Shown in pieces: positions 16,365 through 24,000 of a DNA stretch of 24,000 nucleotides (within the stretch, counting starts at the first letter, position 1; every line of letters begins with the position of its first letter). Below the pieces are notes generated by a model. That model saw nothing but the letters and a program-made list of their open reading frames with translations. It did not search any database and was not told where the DNA came from. The DNA lies in the NCBI RefSeq assembly GCF_900292035.1, contig NZ_OMPO01000001.1:355192-379191 (forward strand). Direction: 5' to 3'. The stretch is from Blastococcus sp. Marseille-P5729. Its GTDB lineage: Bacteria > Actinomycetota > Actinomycetes > Mycobacteriales > Antricoccaceae. The translations under genes and the position numbers were made by a program.

Positions 16365-17690
16365 ATGGATCTCAGGCAGGGCGGCGAAGCAGCGGTCACG
16401 CTCCCGGGCGGCACGCGCCCGATCGAGTCGCTGCGGGCTGCCCTGAAGGGTCTGGGGTCGTTGGCCGGCGCGGACGCCGATGGGCTGCTCGCTCGGGTGA
16501 GTGATGCCGGGTTGATTGACCTGCTCCAGGCCTACCGGCAACTGCGGGCGGTGCTCGCTGCCGGTGAGGCACGCGTCCAGGTCGCGTTCGATGCTTCCCA
16601 GCGTGCCGCGGCGGAGCAGCGTGGGGTGCCGAGGGCCGAGCGCGGGAAGGGGATCGCCGATCAGATCGCGCTGGCCCGTGGGGTGAGTGCGCATCGCGCC
16701 GCGAACGACCTGGCTGTGGCCAAGGGCCTGGTGACAGAGCTGCCGCAGACCCTGGGCCGGTTAGCGTGCGGCGCGGTCAGTGAGGATGCGGCCCTGGCGG
16801 TGGCGAAGGAGACGGTGTGCCTGATGCCGGAGGACCGCGCGATCGTGGACGAGCGCCTCGCGCCGCGGCTGGCGGCGGGTACGAGTGCTCGCCGTGCCGC
16901 GTCGCTGGCCCGGGCGGAGGCGGCGCGGGTGGATGGCGAGTCGGTGACGCGGCGGATCGCGATGGCGCACAAGGACCGCACCGTGACCACCCGCCCCGCA
17001 CCCGACGCCATGGTCTACCTGACCGGCCTGTTGCCGGTGAAGGAAGGCGTGGCGGCCTACGCCTCCCTGGTCGCGCACGCCGTGCCGCCGGCGGTGGCGA
17101 TCCCCAGTCGTGGGGCATCAGCCGTAGGGCTGTTCTGCTGACCGGGATCCATGATGACCGTCCCGGTCGGATCCAGCTTGATGCCGCCGACACTTGTCGG
17201 CCCGCTCCCTGCCCTGCCCCTGGCGGATGGCTGGCCCCAGCTCCAGTCCGGCCAGCCTGCGGTCGCTGAACCGCAGCACCGGAGCCGGTGGGTGGTGCGG
17301 AGCTGCGAGGGCGATGGTGACGCCATCCTGCGCCCTGGCCCGCCAGATCGCGTTGATCGCCGACGAGAGGCCTGCGGTGGATCCACCGCGTGTTCACCGA
17401 CCCGCTTCCGGGCAGGTCGCCAGTCGACAGGCCGCCGTCTTCCCGAGCCTGGCATGACCCGGTCGCGATCAGGCCTGCCGTTCGGCGCGCCGATCCGGAT
17501 GACCACCAATCCCATGCCGCAGGCGGTGCCACGTCGGCTGAACGGGTAATGTGCCGGCGGTGTAACCAACCAAGACCCGCGGGTGGAAACCGGCGCGTTG
17601 GGTCGAGGGAGCACACGGTGATCCGCACTGACCGCACCGCCCGCAATACCCACGCCCCACCTGGGGCCCGACCCGACACCGCCGCACCGT
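16365..17690 (+). pseudogene. DUF222 / HNH endonuclease (13E12-type) gene, C-terminus frameshifted and decayed
   Basis: Intact N-terminal frame 16365-17141 (MDLRQGGEAAV...LIDLLQAYRQLRAVLAAGEARVQVAFDASQRAAAEQRG...ADQIALARGVSAHRAANDLAVAKGL) matches DUF222. HNH-like pieces lie downstream in shifted frames: RWIHRVFTDPLPG, GAPIRMTTNPMPQA and CRRCNQPRPAGGNRRVG. Confidence 0.65.
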
Positions 17691-17845
17691 CGACGCAGAT
17701 CGCGACGCCGGGTGACCACCGCTCCAGACCGGCCCGAGGATGGCACCACCCGGCATCGAACGGCAACTCGCAGGCGCGATCGACGCTTTCCGACACCGGC
17801 ACCGAGGCGCATAGCCCGTGCTGAGCGGCCCACTGTTGCGAGAAG

Positions 17846-18214
17846 TCAGACGTGCTGGCAATCGTTGCCGCAGCTGTCGCTTCCCACCGGGCCGTCGGCA
17901 TGAGATGCCGGACGGTGCAGTATCGCGCTCGTCGGGTTCAGCCGGAAGCCCTCGCCATCCGGCTCTGCCGTGCCGTCAACAATCAGCGTCATGCCCTTGG
18001 TCTCACGAGGCGGGCACATCAGCGTCACTGCAGGATTCTGCTCGAGATTGCGCGCTGTCCCCTTGCTGCCAGTCGGTATCCGCAACGACCCGCCGTCCAC
18101 TTCGGCAACGACGCACACGACCTTGACGCGCCCATCGCCTACCGACAGCAGGTATGCCGTATCGAAGTCTTCGAGCGCCTTGGCCAGGTCCTCGATCTTC
18201 ACTGGAATGCTCAT
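17846..18214 (-). CDS. pyridoxamine 5'-phosphate oxidase-like (PPOX/FMN-binding split barrel) protein
   Basis: MSIPVKIEDLAKALEDFDTAYLLSVGDGRVKVVCVVAEVDGGSLRIPTGSKGTARNLEQNPAVTLMCPP...GMTLIVDGTAEP. Confidence 0.75.
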   Translation of the reverse strand: MSIPVKIEDLAKALEDFDTAYLLSVGDGRVKVVCVVAEVDGGSLRIPTGSKGTARNLEQNPAVTLMCPPRETKGMTLIVDGTAEPDGEGFRLNPTSAILHRPASHADGPVGSDSCGNDCQHV

Positions 18215-18256
18215 GCTCGAAGCCTACGTCTCGCACGGCCGTACCCTGGTTGGGCT

Positions 18257-19375
18257 ATGCAGTGCGACTACTTCGATTCCGCCCGGTGCCGGTCGTGCAC
18301 GCTCATGGGAGTGCCGTACGACGAGCAGCTCAGGAGGAAGGACGACGCCGTCCGGCGGGCTCTCGCCGACGTCGCAGATCACGATGCCTGGTCGCCGCCC
18401 TTCGCCAGCCGCGAGGCTGGGTTCCGCAACAAGGCCAAGCTGGCTGTGGGCGGGACGATCAGCCAGCCGACTCTAGGAATCATGGATCGTCAGGGCACCG
18501 GCATCGATCTCCGTGGCTGCGGGCTCTACGAGGCCGGCCTGGGTGCCGTCCTGCCCAGGCTCGGCGAGTTCGTTACACAGGCTGCGATTGCGCCGTACCA
18601 CCTCGGTACCCGGCGCGGCGAGCTCAAGAACCTTCTCGTCACCCACTCCCCTGACGGTGAATTGATGGTCCGATTCGTCTTACGATCCCAGGAGGCCGTC
18701 TCACGGATCCGCAAACACCTACCGGATCTGCGCCGTGGCCTACCGCAGCTGCGCGTCGCGTCGGCGAACATACTGCCCGAGCACAAGGCGGTCCTGGAGG
18801 GCGACCTCGAGATCCCCTTGACGGACGACGAGTCGCTACCGATGCGCCTCGATGAAGTCACCCTCCATCTGCGCCCGCAATCGTTCTTCCAGACCAACAC
18901 AGCGGTCGCGGAAGGGCTCTACGCGCAAGCGCAACAGTGGTGCGCTGAGGTAGATGGTACGTATATCTGGGATCTCTACTGTGGTGTCGGCGGGTTCGGC
19001 TTACACCTGGCAGCAACTGACCGCCGCGTCACGGGCATCGAGACCTCGCCGGAAGCGGTCGCGAGCGCACGCCTCAGCGCGGTGGACCGACCCGGCCGAC
19101 TTGAGTTCTTTGCGCAGGATGCCGTCGCGTTTGCGCGCGCCCGGAAGGCTCCCGACCTCGTCGTCGTCAACCCACCACGGCGCGGCATCGGCGACCTGAC
19201 CGGCTGGATCGAGGCCAGCAGCGTCGCGACGGTTCTCTACTCCTCCTGCAATGCGCAGTCCCTGGCGGTCGATCTGAGCCGGATGCCCTCCATGCGGGTT
19301 ACCCGAGCGCGCATGTTCGACATGTTCCCGCAAACGAACCACCACGAGGTACTCGTGCTGCTCCAGCGTCGCTAG
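18257..19375 (+). CDS. rlmC: 23S rRNA (uracil-C5)-methyltransferase, RlmC-like
   Basis: MQCDYFDSARCRSCTLMGVPYDEQL (Fe-S Cys cluster), LHLRPQSFFQTNTAVAEGLYAQA, IWDLYCGVGGFGLHLA, VVVNPPRRGIG, LYSSCNAQSLAVDL, FDMFPQTNHHEVLVLL. Confidence 0.92.
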   Translation: MQCDYFDSARCRSCTLMGVPYDEQLRRKDDAVRRALADVADHDAWSPPFASREAGFRNKAKLAVGGTISQPTLGIMDRQGTGIDLRGCGLYEAGLGAVLPRLGEFVTQAAIAPYHLGTRRGELKNLLVTHSPDGELMVRFVLRSQEAVSRIRKHLPDLRRGLPQLRVASANILPEHKAVLEGDLEIPLTDDESLPMRLDEVTLHLRPQSFFQTNTAVAEGLYAQAQQWCAEVDGTYIWDLYCGVGGFGLHLAATDRRVTGIETSPEAVASARLSAVDRPGRLEFFAQDAVAFARARKAPDLVVVNPPRRGIGDLTGWIEASSVATVLYSSCNAQSLAVDLSRMPSMRVTRARMFDMFPQTNHHEVLVLLQRR

Positions 19376-19809
19376 CGATCGCGACGGACCCACCGGCTCG
19401 ACGAAGCGACGTCCTCGACCGGCCGGCCGGCCTTGGCCCAACCGGTGAACCCCTCCTCGACATGGGCGACATCCGGAAAGCCCATATCCTTCAGCGCCTG
19501 GGCAGCAAGGGCCGATCGCCCGCCACCTGCGCAGTAGAGCACGATCCGCTTGTCGGGCGTGAAGTAGTCCCGGTAGTACTCCGATGCCGGGTCGGCCCAG
19601 AACTCGAGCATCCCGCGGGGCACGTGCTTCGAGCCCGGAATCGCGCCGGAATCCACCCGCTCCTGGATCTCGCGGATATCAACGACGAGCAGCCTGTCGT
19701 CACCGGCGTCGATCTCGGCCGCCGTCTCGTCGACGGAGAGGTTCTCCAACGACTCCTTGATCTTCTCGACCTGGCCCCACACGGGCTTGATCTCGTGGCT
19801 CTCAGTCAT
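19372..19809 (-). CDS. rhodanese-like domain protein
   Basis: LLVVDIREIQERVDSGAIPGSKHVPRGMLEFW...RIVLYCAGGGRSALAAQALKDMGFPDVAHVEEGFTGWAKAGRPV; active-site loop CAGGGRS. Confidence 0.93.
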   Translation of the reverse strand: MTESHEIKPVWGQVEKIKESLENLSVDETAAEIDAGDDRLLVVDIREIQERVDSGAIPGSKHVPRGMLEFWADPASEYYRDYFTPDKRIVLYCAGGGRSALAAQALKDMGFPDVAHVEEGFTGWAKAGRPVEDVASSSRWVRRDR

Positions 19810-19849
19810 GACCGTTCCTCTCTACGATGGCGCGTCCTAGACTGCGCGC

Positions 19850-20530
19850 ATGGATCTCGCCAAGCAGCATCTCGATGTCGGCTTGTTCTCGAACCTACGC
19901 GATGAGCAGCTCGACTTCTGGCAGCGCACGGTCGGCCTGGAGTACGACCACGTGGGCAAGCTCGGCGGTGGGGTGCAGCAGCATCGTCACCACATGAACG
20001 GCTCCATCTTGAAGATGAACCACGCCCGCGACCCTCTGCCGGACGTGGCGCCGTCCGGCATCGTCGGCCTGCAGATCGCCAGGAAGGACCTCGACGAGCC
20101 ACTGCACCTGCTCGATCCCGACGGCAATTCCGTGGAGATCGTGCCGCCGGGCACGGACGCGGTCGAGGGAATCGCCGTCCTGCTGCGAGTCAGCGACCCG
20201 ATGGCGCACGACCGCTTCTGGACCGACGTCATGCAGTTCGAGCGCGCCGGGGACGGCGCATACCGGTGCGGCGACAGCCTCATCCGCATCGTGGACGAGG
20301 GTGAGGTCTTCCATCGCGGTGACCAGTGGCGCGGGCCGGGCTATCGATACACGACCGTCCAGGTCTTCGACTGCCAAGCCGAGTACGACGGGATCATCGC
20401 TCGCGGGGGCGTCGGGACCACCGCCCCCACAGTGCTCGGGACGACGGTGCGGATGGCTTTCGTGATCGACCCGGACGGCAATCACATCGAGATCAGCCAG
20501 CGTGCCAGCCTCACCGGCGGCACGCTTTGA
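19850..20530 (+). CDS. VOC family (glyoxalase / extradiol dioxygenase-like) two-domain protein
   Basis: LDVGLFSNLRDEQLDFWQRTVGLEYDH...LLDPDGNSVEIVPP...AVLLRVSDPMAHDRFWTDVMQFERA...FVIDPDGNHIEISQ. Confidence 0.9.
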   Translation: MDLAKQHLDVGLFSNLRDEQLDFWQRTVGLEYDHVGKLGGGVQQHRHHMNGSILKMNHARDPLPDVAPSGIVGLQIARKDLDEPLHLLDPDGNSVEIVPPGTDAVEGIAVLLRVSDPMAHDRFWTDVMQFERAGDGAYRCGDSLIRIVDEGEVFHRGDQWRGPGYRYTTVQVFDCQAEYDGIIARGGVGTTAPTVLGTTVRMAFVIDPDGNHIEISQRASLTGGTL

Positions 20531-20587
20531 CCTGCCCGAGCTAGCCGGGTGGTGACGTGAACCAGCACCCTGCAGACGTGGGTGACC

Positions 20588-21682
20588 TCATGCTTTGCGG
20601 GGCATCACGACGGTGTAGTCGAAGTCGAGGACGACGTTCGGCAGGTACTTACCGTCCTCACCCTTGTACGGGAACTCCGCGCACGGCTGGTCCTTGGTGG
20701 CGACGGTGCGCACCCGCAGGGCGCCGACGTCCGACCGGCCAGGCAGCTCGATCTTCTCCAGCACCTCCGACCACGCGTAGACGGTGTCTCCGGCGAAGGT
20801 GGGGTTCGAGTGGGTGCCGCCGTTGATCGCGACGATGAACTGCGCGTTCGCCAGCCCGTTGAAGGACAGCGCGCGGGCCAGGCTGATGATGTGACCGCCG
20901 TAGATCAGCCGGCGGCCGATCTTCTCCTGTCCCTGCGCGTGCTGGTTGAAGTGCACCTTGGCGGTGTTCTGGTAGAGGCGGGTGGCGAGCATGTGATCGG
21001 ACTCCTCGATCGTCATGCCGTCCACGTGGTCGATTCGCTCGCCGACCTCGTAGTCGTCCCACAGGAACTCGCTGCCGGCCAAGGCGGTGTCATACGCCTT
21101 CGTGTCGACCTCGAACGGGACCTGGAGCGCGGAGGCTTCCACAGCCTTCGGCAGGTCGGGGATCTCGGCATCCGCGACCTGCATCGACTCGTCACGCCTG
21201 CGCACCATGACCCAGCGGACGTACTCGAGCACGGTCTCGCCGCGCTGGTTCTTGCCGACCGATCGCACGTAGACGTTGCCGGACTTGCCGTTGCTGTTGG
21301 GCTTGAGCCCGATGACGGTCGAGGTCGTGGTCAGCGTGTCGCCGGGGTAGACGGCCGCGCCGTAGACGCCCGCGGCGTACCCAAGGTTGGCGACCGCGTT
21401 GAGCGAGACGTCGGGAACGGACTTCCCGAAGACGATGTGGAAGGCCAGCAGGCTGTCGACCGGCATCCGCTCGAAGCCCATCGACCCCGCGAACGTCGAG
21501 GCGGACGTCGCCGCGAAGCGCGAGCCGTATAGCGCGGTGTAGAGCGCGATGTCACCCTCGGTGACCGTGCGCGGAGTGGCGTGCACCAGCTCCTGACCCA
21601 CCCGGAAGTCCTCGAAGTAGTTGCCCTGCACAGTCTTGGTCGACACGCCTGAATGCCTTTCGTAGCCGGTTGCTCGCGCCAT
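20588..21682 (-). CDS. MaoC family dehydratase, similar to mesaconyl-CoA hydratase-type double-hotdog enzymes
   Basis: GNYFEDFRVGQELVHATPRTVTEGDIALYTALYGSRFA...SLLAFHIVFGKSVPDVSLNAVANLGYA...FNQHAQGQEKIGRRLIYGGHIISLARALSFNGLANA; start ATG 21682. Confidence 0.88.
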   Translation of the reverse strand: MARATGYERHSGVSTKTVQGNYFEDFRVGQELVHATPRTVTEGDIALYTALYGSRFAATSASTFAGSMGFERMPVDSLLAFHIVFGKSVPDVSLNAVANLGYAAGVYGAAVYPGDTLTTTSTVIGLKPNSNGKSGNVYVRSVGKNQRGETVLEYVRWVMVRRRDESMQVADAEIPDLPKAVEASALQVPFEVDTKAYDTALAGSEFLWDDYEVGERIDHVDGMTIEESDHMLATRLYQNTAKVHFNQHAQGQEKIGRRLIYGGHIISLARALSFNGLANAQFIVAINGGTHSNPTFAGDTVYAWSEVLEKIELPGRSDVGALRVRTVATKDQPCAEFPYKGEDGKYLPNVVLDFDYTVVMPRKA

Positions 21683-21750
21683 TCTCGCAAACGGCTGAGT
21701 CAGTGCCGGACGCCGCACCGACCCGGACGAGCCTCACCTAGGCTGGAGCC

Positions 21751-23292
21751 ATGCAGCTCGGCGTGGACTTCGGAACCACACGCACGATCGTGTCGTACGT
21801 CGACCGGGGCAACTACCCGGTCGTGAGCTTCACCGACGCTCTGGGTGACACGCATGACCACTTCCCCTCGGTCGCCGCCTTACGCGATGGAGAGCTCGTC
21901 TTCGGCTTTGCGGCTCTGGCCGCCGCCGAGTCCGGCGCGCCCGTCGTCCGGTCCTTCAAGCGGATGCTCGCAGCACCGGACGTGAATGCCCACACGCCGA
22001 TCCACTTCGGGGACAGGGCGCTTGCACTGGGATTCGTGCTCACCGGATTCCTGCAGGCGCTCCTGGAGGCATTGCGCACCGACTCCAGCATCAGCGGCGA
22101 CCTCGCCAGCCAGATCGAGCCGCAGGCCGTCGTTGCCGTCCCCGCGCACGCGCACGGCGCTCAACGGTTCCTGACCCTCGACGCCTTTCGCCGGTCCGGG
22201 TTCGTCGTCCTCGGCGTCCTGAACGAGCCGTCAGCCGCAGGCTTCGAATACACGCACCGCCAGGCCCGCACGCTGAGCTCTCGGCGTACCCGCGTCATCG
22301 TCTTCGACCTCGGTGGCGGCACCTTCGATGCCTCGCTGGTCGCGGTCGACGACAAGCGACACGAGGTGCTCGACTCGCTCGGCCTGAACGACCTCGGCGG
22401 CGACGACTTCGACCTCGCGCTGGCCGAATGCGCCGCGGATGCGGCCCAGGTCGACCTGGCCGAGCTGTCGGCGCAGGATCGCGCGGCGCTGCTGGACGAG
22501 TGCCGCGATGCCAAGGAGCGGCTTACCCCGCAGTCGAAGCGAATCGCGCTCGAGGTCGCAGGCACACCCGTCACCGTCCAGGTCGCCGACTTCTACGACC
22601 GCGCGACGCCGTTGGTCGAGCGGGCGATCGATGCGATGGCCCCTCTGGTCGGCGGGCTCGACGACGCCGACGATGCGCTCGCCGAGGTGGCCGGGATCTA
22701 TCTCGTCGGCGGTGCGAGCTCGCTGCCACTGGTCCCGCGGGTGCTCCGGGAGCGTTTCGGACGTCGCGTGCACCGATCCCCCTACCCCGCGGCGTCCACC
22801 GCGATCGGCCTGGCGATCGCCGCCGATGAGTCCTCCGGGTTCTCGCTGAGCGACCGGCTCTCCCGTGGCTTCGGCGTATTCCGCGAGTCCGCCGAGGGCG
22901 AGCAGGTCGACTTCGACCCGATCTTCGATCGCACCACCGCCCTCGGACCAGGTGCCGTCGTCGAGCGCGAGTACGACGCGGCACACAACGTCGGCTGGTA
23001 CCGGTTCGTGGAGTACTCGCGGATGGACGCCGACGGGCAGCCGCGCGGCGAGCTCACCCCGTACGGCGAGGTGATCTTTCCCTTCGATCCGGCCCTCCAG
23101 CAGACCGCCGAGCTCGCCAGCCTGACCGTCGCTCGTCGCGAAGGCGGTCCGCGGATTCGCGAGACCTACCGCGTCGATGAGCAAGGTCTCGTCTCGGCCA
23201 CCATCCTGGACCTGAGCACGGGTCACCGCATCGAGATCATGCTCACCGGCGCGAGCTGGCCGACGCCCACCAACCAACGGGAGACCCGATGA
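21751..23292 (+). CDS. Hsp70 family protein (short, non-canonical C-terminus)
   Basis: MQLGVDFGTTRTIVSYVDRG...RVIVFDLGGGTFDASLVAVDD...LGGDDFD...GIYLVGGASSLPLVPRVLRERFG; 513 aa, without a standard DnaK substrate-binding or lid region. Confidence 0.92.
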   Translation: MQLGVDFGTTRTIVSYVDRGNYPVVSFTDALGDTHDHFPSVAALRDGELVFGFAALAAAESGAPVVRSFKRMLAAPDVNAHTPIHFGDRALALGFVLTGFLQALLEALRTDSSISGDLASQIEPQAVVAVPAHAHGAQRFLTLDAFRRSGFVVLGVLNEPSAAGFEYTHRQARTLSSRRTRVIVFDLGGGTFDASLVAVDDKRHEVLDSLGLNDLGGDDFDLALAECAADAAQVDLAELSAQDRAALLDECRDAKERLTPQSKRIALEVAGTPVTVQVADFYDRATPLVERAIDAMAPLVGGLDDADDALAEVAGIYLVGGASSLPLVPRVLRERFGRRVHRSPYPAASTAIGLAIAADESSGFSLSDRLSRGFGVFRESAEGEQVDFDPIFDRTTALGPGAVVEREYDAAHNVGWYRFVEYSRMDADGQPRGELTPYGEVIFPFDPALQQTAELASLTVARREGGPRIRETYRVDEQGLVSATILDLSTGHRIEIMLTGASWPTPTNQRETR

Positions 23293-24000
23293 CCGCGCCC
23301 TTCCATTCACCGCAGCTGACGCTGTTCAGCACCGACATCGAACGCCTCCGGGAGTTCTACGCACGCCTCGGCTTCACTCAGCAGCTGCGCTATCCCGCCG
23401 ACGGCGCAGCGCAGCAGATCGAGCTCACGCTCGACGGCCTGACGCTCCGGCTGTCGGATCGGGACTCGACGGTCTCCGAGTTCGGACTGTCTGCCGATCT
23501 CAGCGGTCACGGCGCGGCCCTGACGGTGTGGTGCGACGACGTCGTCGCGGCCCATGACCGCCTGACCAAGGTCGGCATCGCCTCGCTCGCGCTACCCCGT
23601 GACTGGCATGGCGGCCTCCGCACGGCCTGGCTGGCCGACCCGGACGGCAACCCGGTCCAGCTGATCCAGCCGGCCGCCGCCACCTCACCCAAGCCCCCGA
23701 CGGCACCCGCGACGGCTCCCACACCGAGTGCACCTGCCGTACCCGCGAGCCAGGAAGAGCCCGCGACGGACGGACTCCCGGCAACCGAGCCGTCCGATGA
23801 CGACCTGCCACTGCCCCAGTCTCCGCTCCCTGCCGGCTACTACACCGAGGACGGCACACCGACCTTCGACGCCGTCGCGGAGCGCATCCACCAGCGAGCA
23901 GCCACCGCTGAGGGCAACGAGGTGCTCGATGACGAGTCGCAGCGTGGACGCGATGCGACAGATCAGTTCAGCAGGCTCAAGCAGGCGGGCCAGGACCGGC
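23289..24000 (+). CDS. VOC domain protein with Pro-rich linker and C-terminal tail; runs off the window
   Basis: Manual translation: MTAPFHSPQLTLFSTDIERLREFYARLGFTQQLRYPADG...TAWLADPDGNPVQLIQPAAATSPKPPTAPATAPTPSAPAVPASQEEPATDGLPATEPSDDDLPLPQSPLPAGYYTEDGTPTFDAVAERIHQRAATAEGNEVLDDESQRGRDATDQFSRLKQAGQDR. ATGA overlap with the Hsp70-like gene stop. Confidence 0.85.
   Translation, partial: MTAPFHSPQLTLFSTDIERLREFYARLGFTQQLRYPADGAAQQIELTLDGLTLRLSDRDSTVSEFGLSADLSGHGAALTVWCDDVVAAHDRLTKVGIASLALPRDWHGGLRTAWLADPDGNPVQLIQPAAATSPKPPTAPATAPTPSAPAVPASQEEPATDGLPATEPSDDDLPLPQSPLPAGYYTEDGTPTFDAVAERIHQRAATAEGNEVLDDESQRGRDATDQFSRLKQAGQDR

Noticed and set aside
16777-17901. 374 aa minus-strand ORF
   Set aside because: Pro/Arg/Ser-rich translation without recognisable motifs, antisense to the DUF222/HNH gene; a typical high-GC shadow ORF.
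17852-18256. N-terminal 135 aa extension of the RlmC ORF in the track
   Set aside because: It lies antisense to the PPOX-like gene; RlmC proteins begin with MQCDYF..., so the start is placed at ATG 18257.
20582-21532. 316 aa plus-strand ORF
   Set aside because: Antisense to the MaoC-like gene, which has convincing family motifs.
22231-23310. 359 aa minus-strand ORF inside the Hsp70-like gene
   Set aside because: Antisense to a clear Hsp70-family ATPase; composition is a mirror of GC-biased codons.
1-24000. CRISPR array, tRNA/rRNA, prophage, transposase or defence-island genes
   Set aside because: No regularly spaced repeats, cloverleaf-like sequences, integrase or transposase motifs, or defence-gene signatures noticed by eye; a dedicated scan (tRNAscan-SE, minced, DefenseFinder) would be decisive.

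Overview
High-GC (actinobacterial-type) chromosomal window, densely packed with mostly housekeeping or metabolic genes. I recognise about 22 protein-coding genes: iron-containing redox enzyme and CDGSH Fe-S protein, CinA-C, MmcQ/YjbR, DJ-1/PfpI-like, alpha/beta hydrolases, ParA with a Cys-pair partner, alkaline phosphatase family, FMN-binding glutamate synthase-like, an apparent thioesterase / acyl-CoA dehydrogenase / GNAT-NUDIX operon, an SMR (Gdx/SugE-like) exporter, pterin dehydratase, GMC oxidoreductase, cupin, PPOX-like, RlmC, rhodanese, VOC, MaoC-like hydratase, and Hsp70-like plus a VOC fusion. The strongest non-coding signal is a near-exact guanidine-III (ykkC-III) riboswitch aptamer on the minus strand at 12405-12446, just upstream of the SMR exporter. 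Other points of interest are the GNAT-NUDIX fusion in an acyl-CoA operon, an Hsp70-like gene translationally coupled to a VOC-linker-tail protein, tandem TTGTCCACAG-type (DnaA-box-like) sites next to a decayed DUF222/HNH gene, and several truncated gene remnants. I found no CRISPR array, prophage, tRNA, rRNA or convincing novel multigene defence system.
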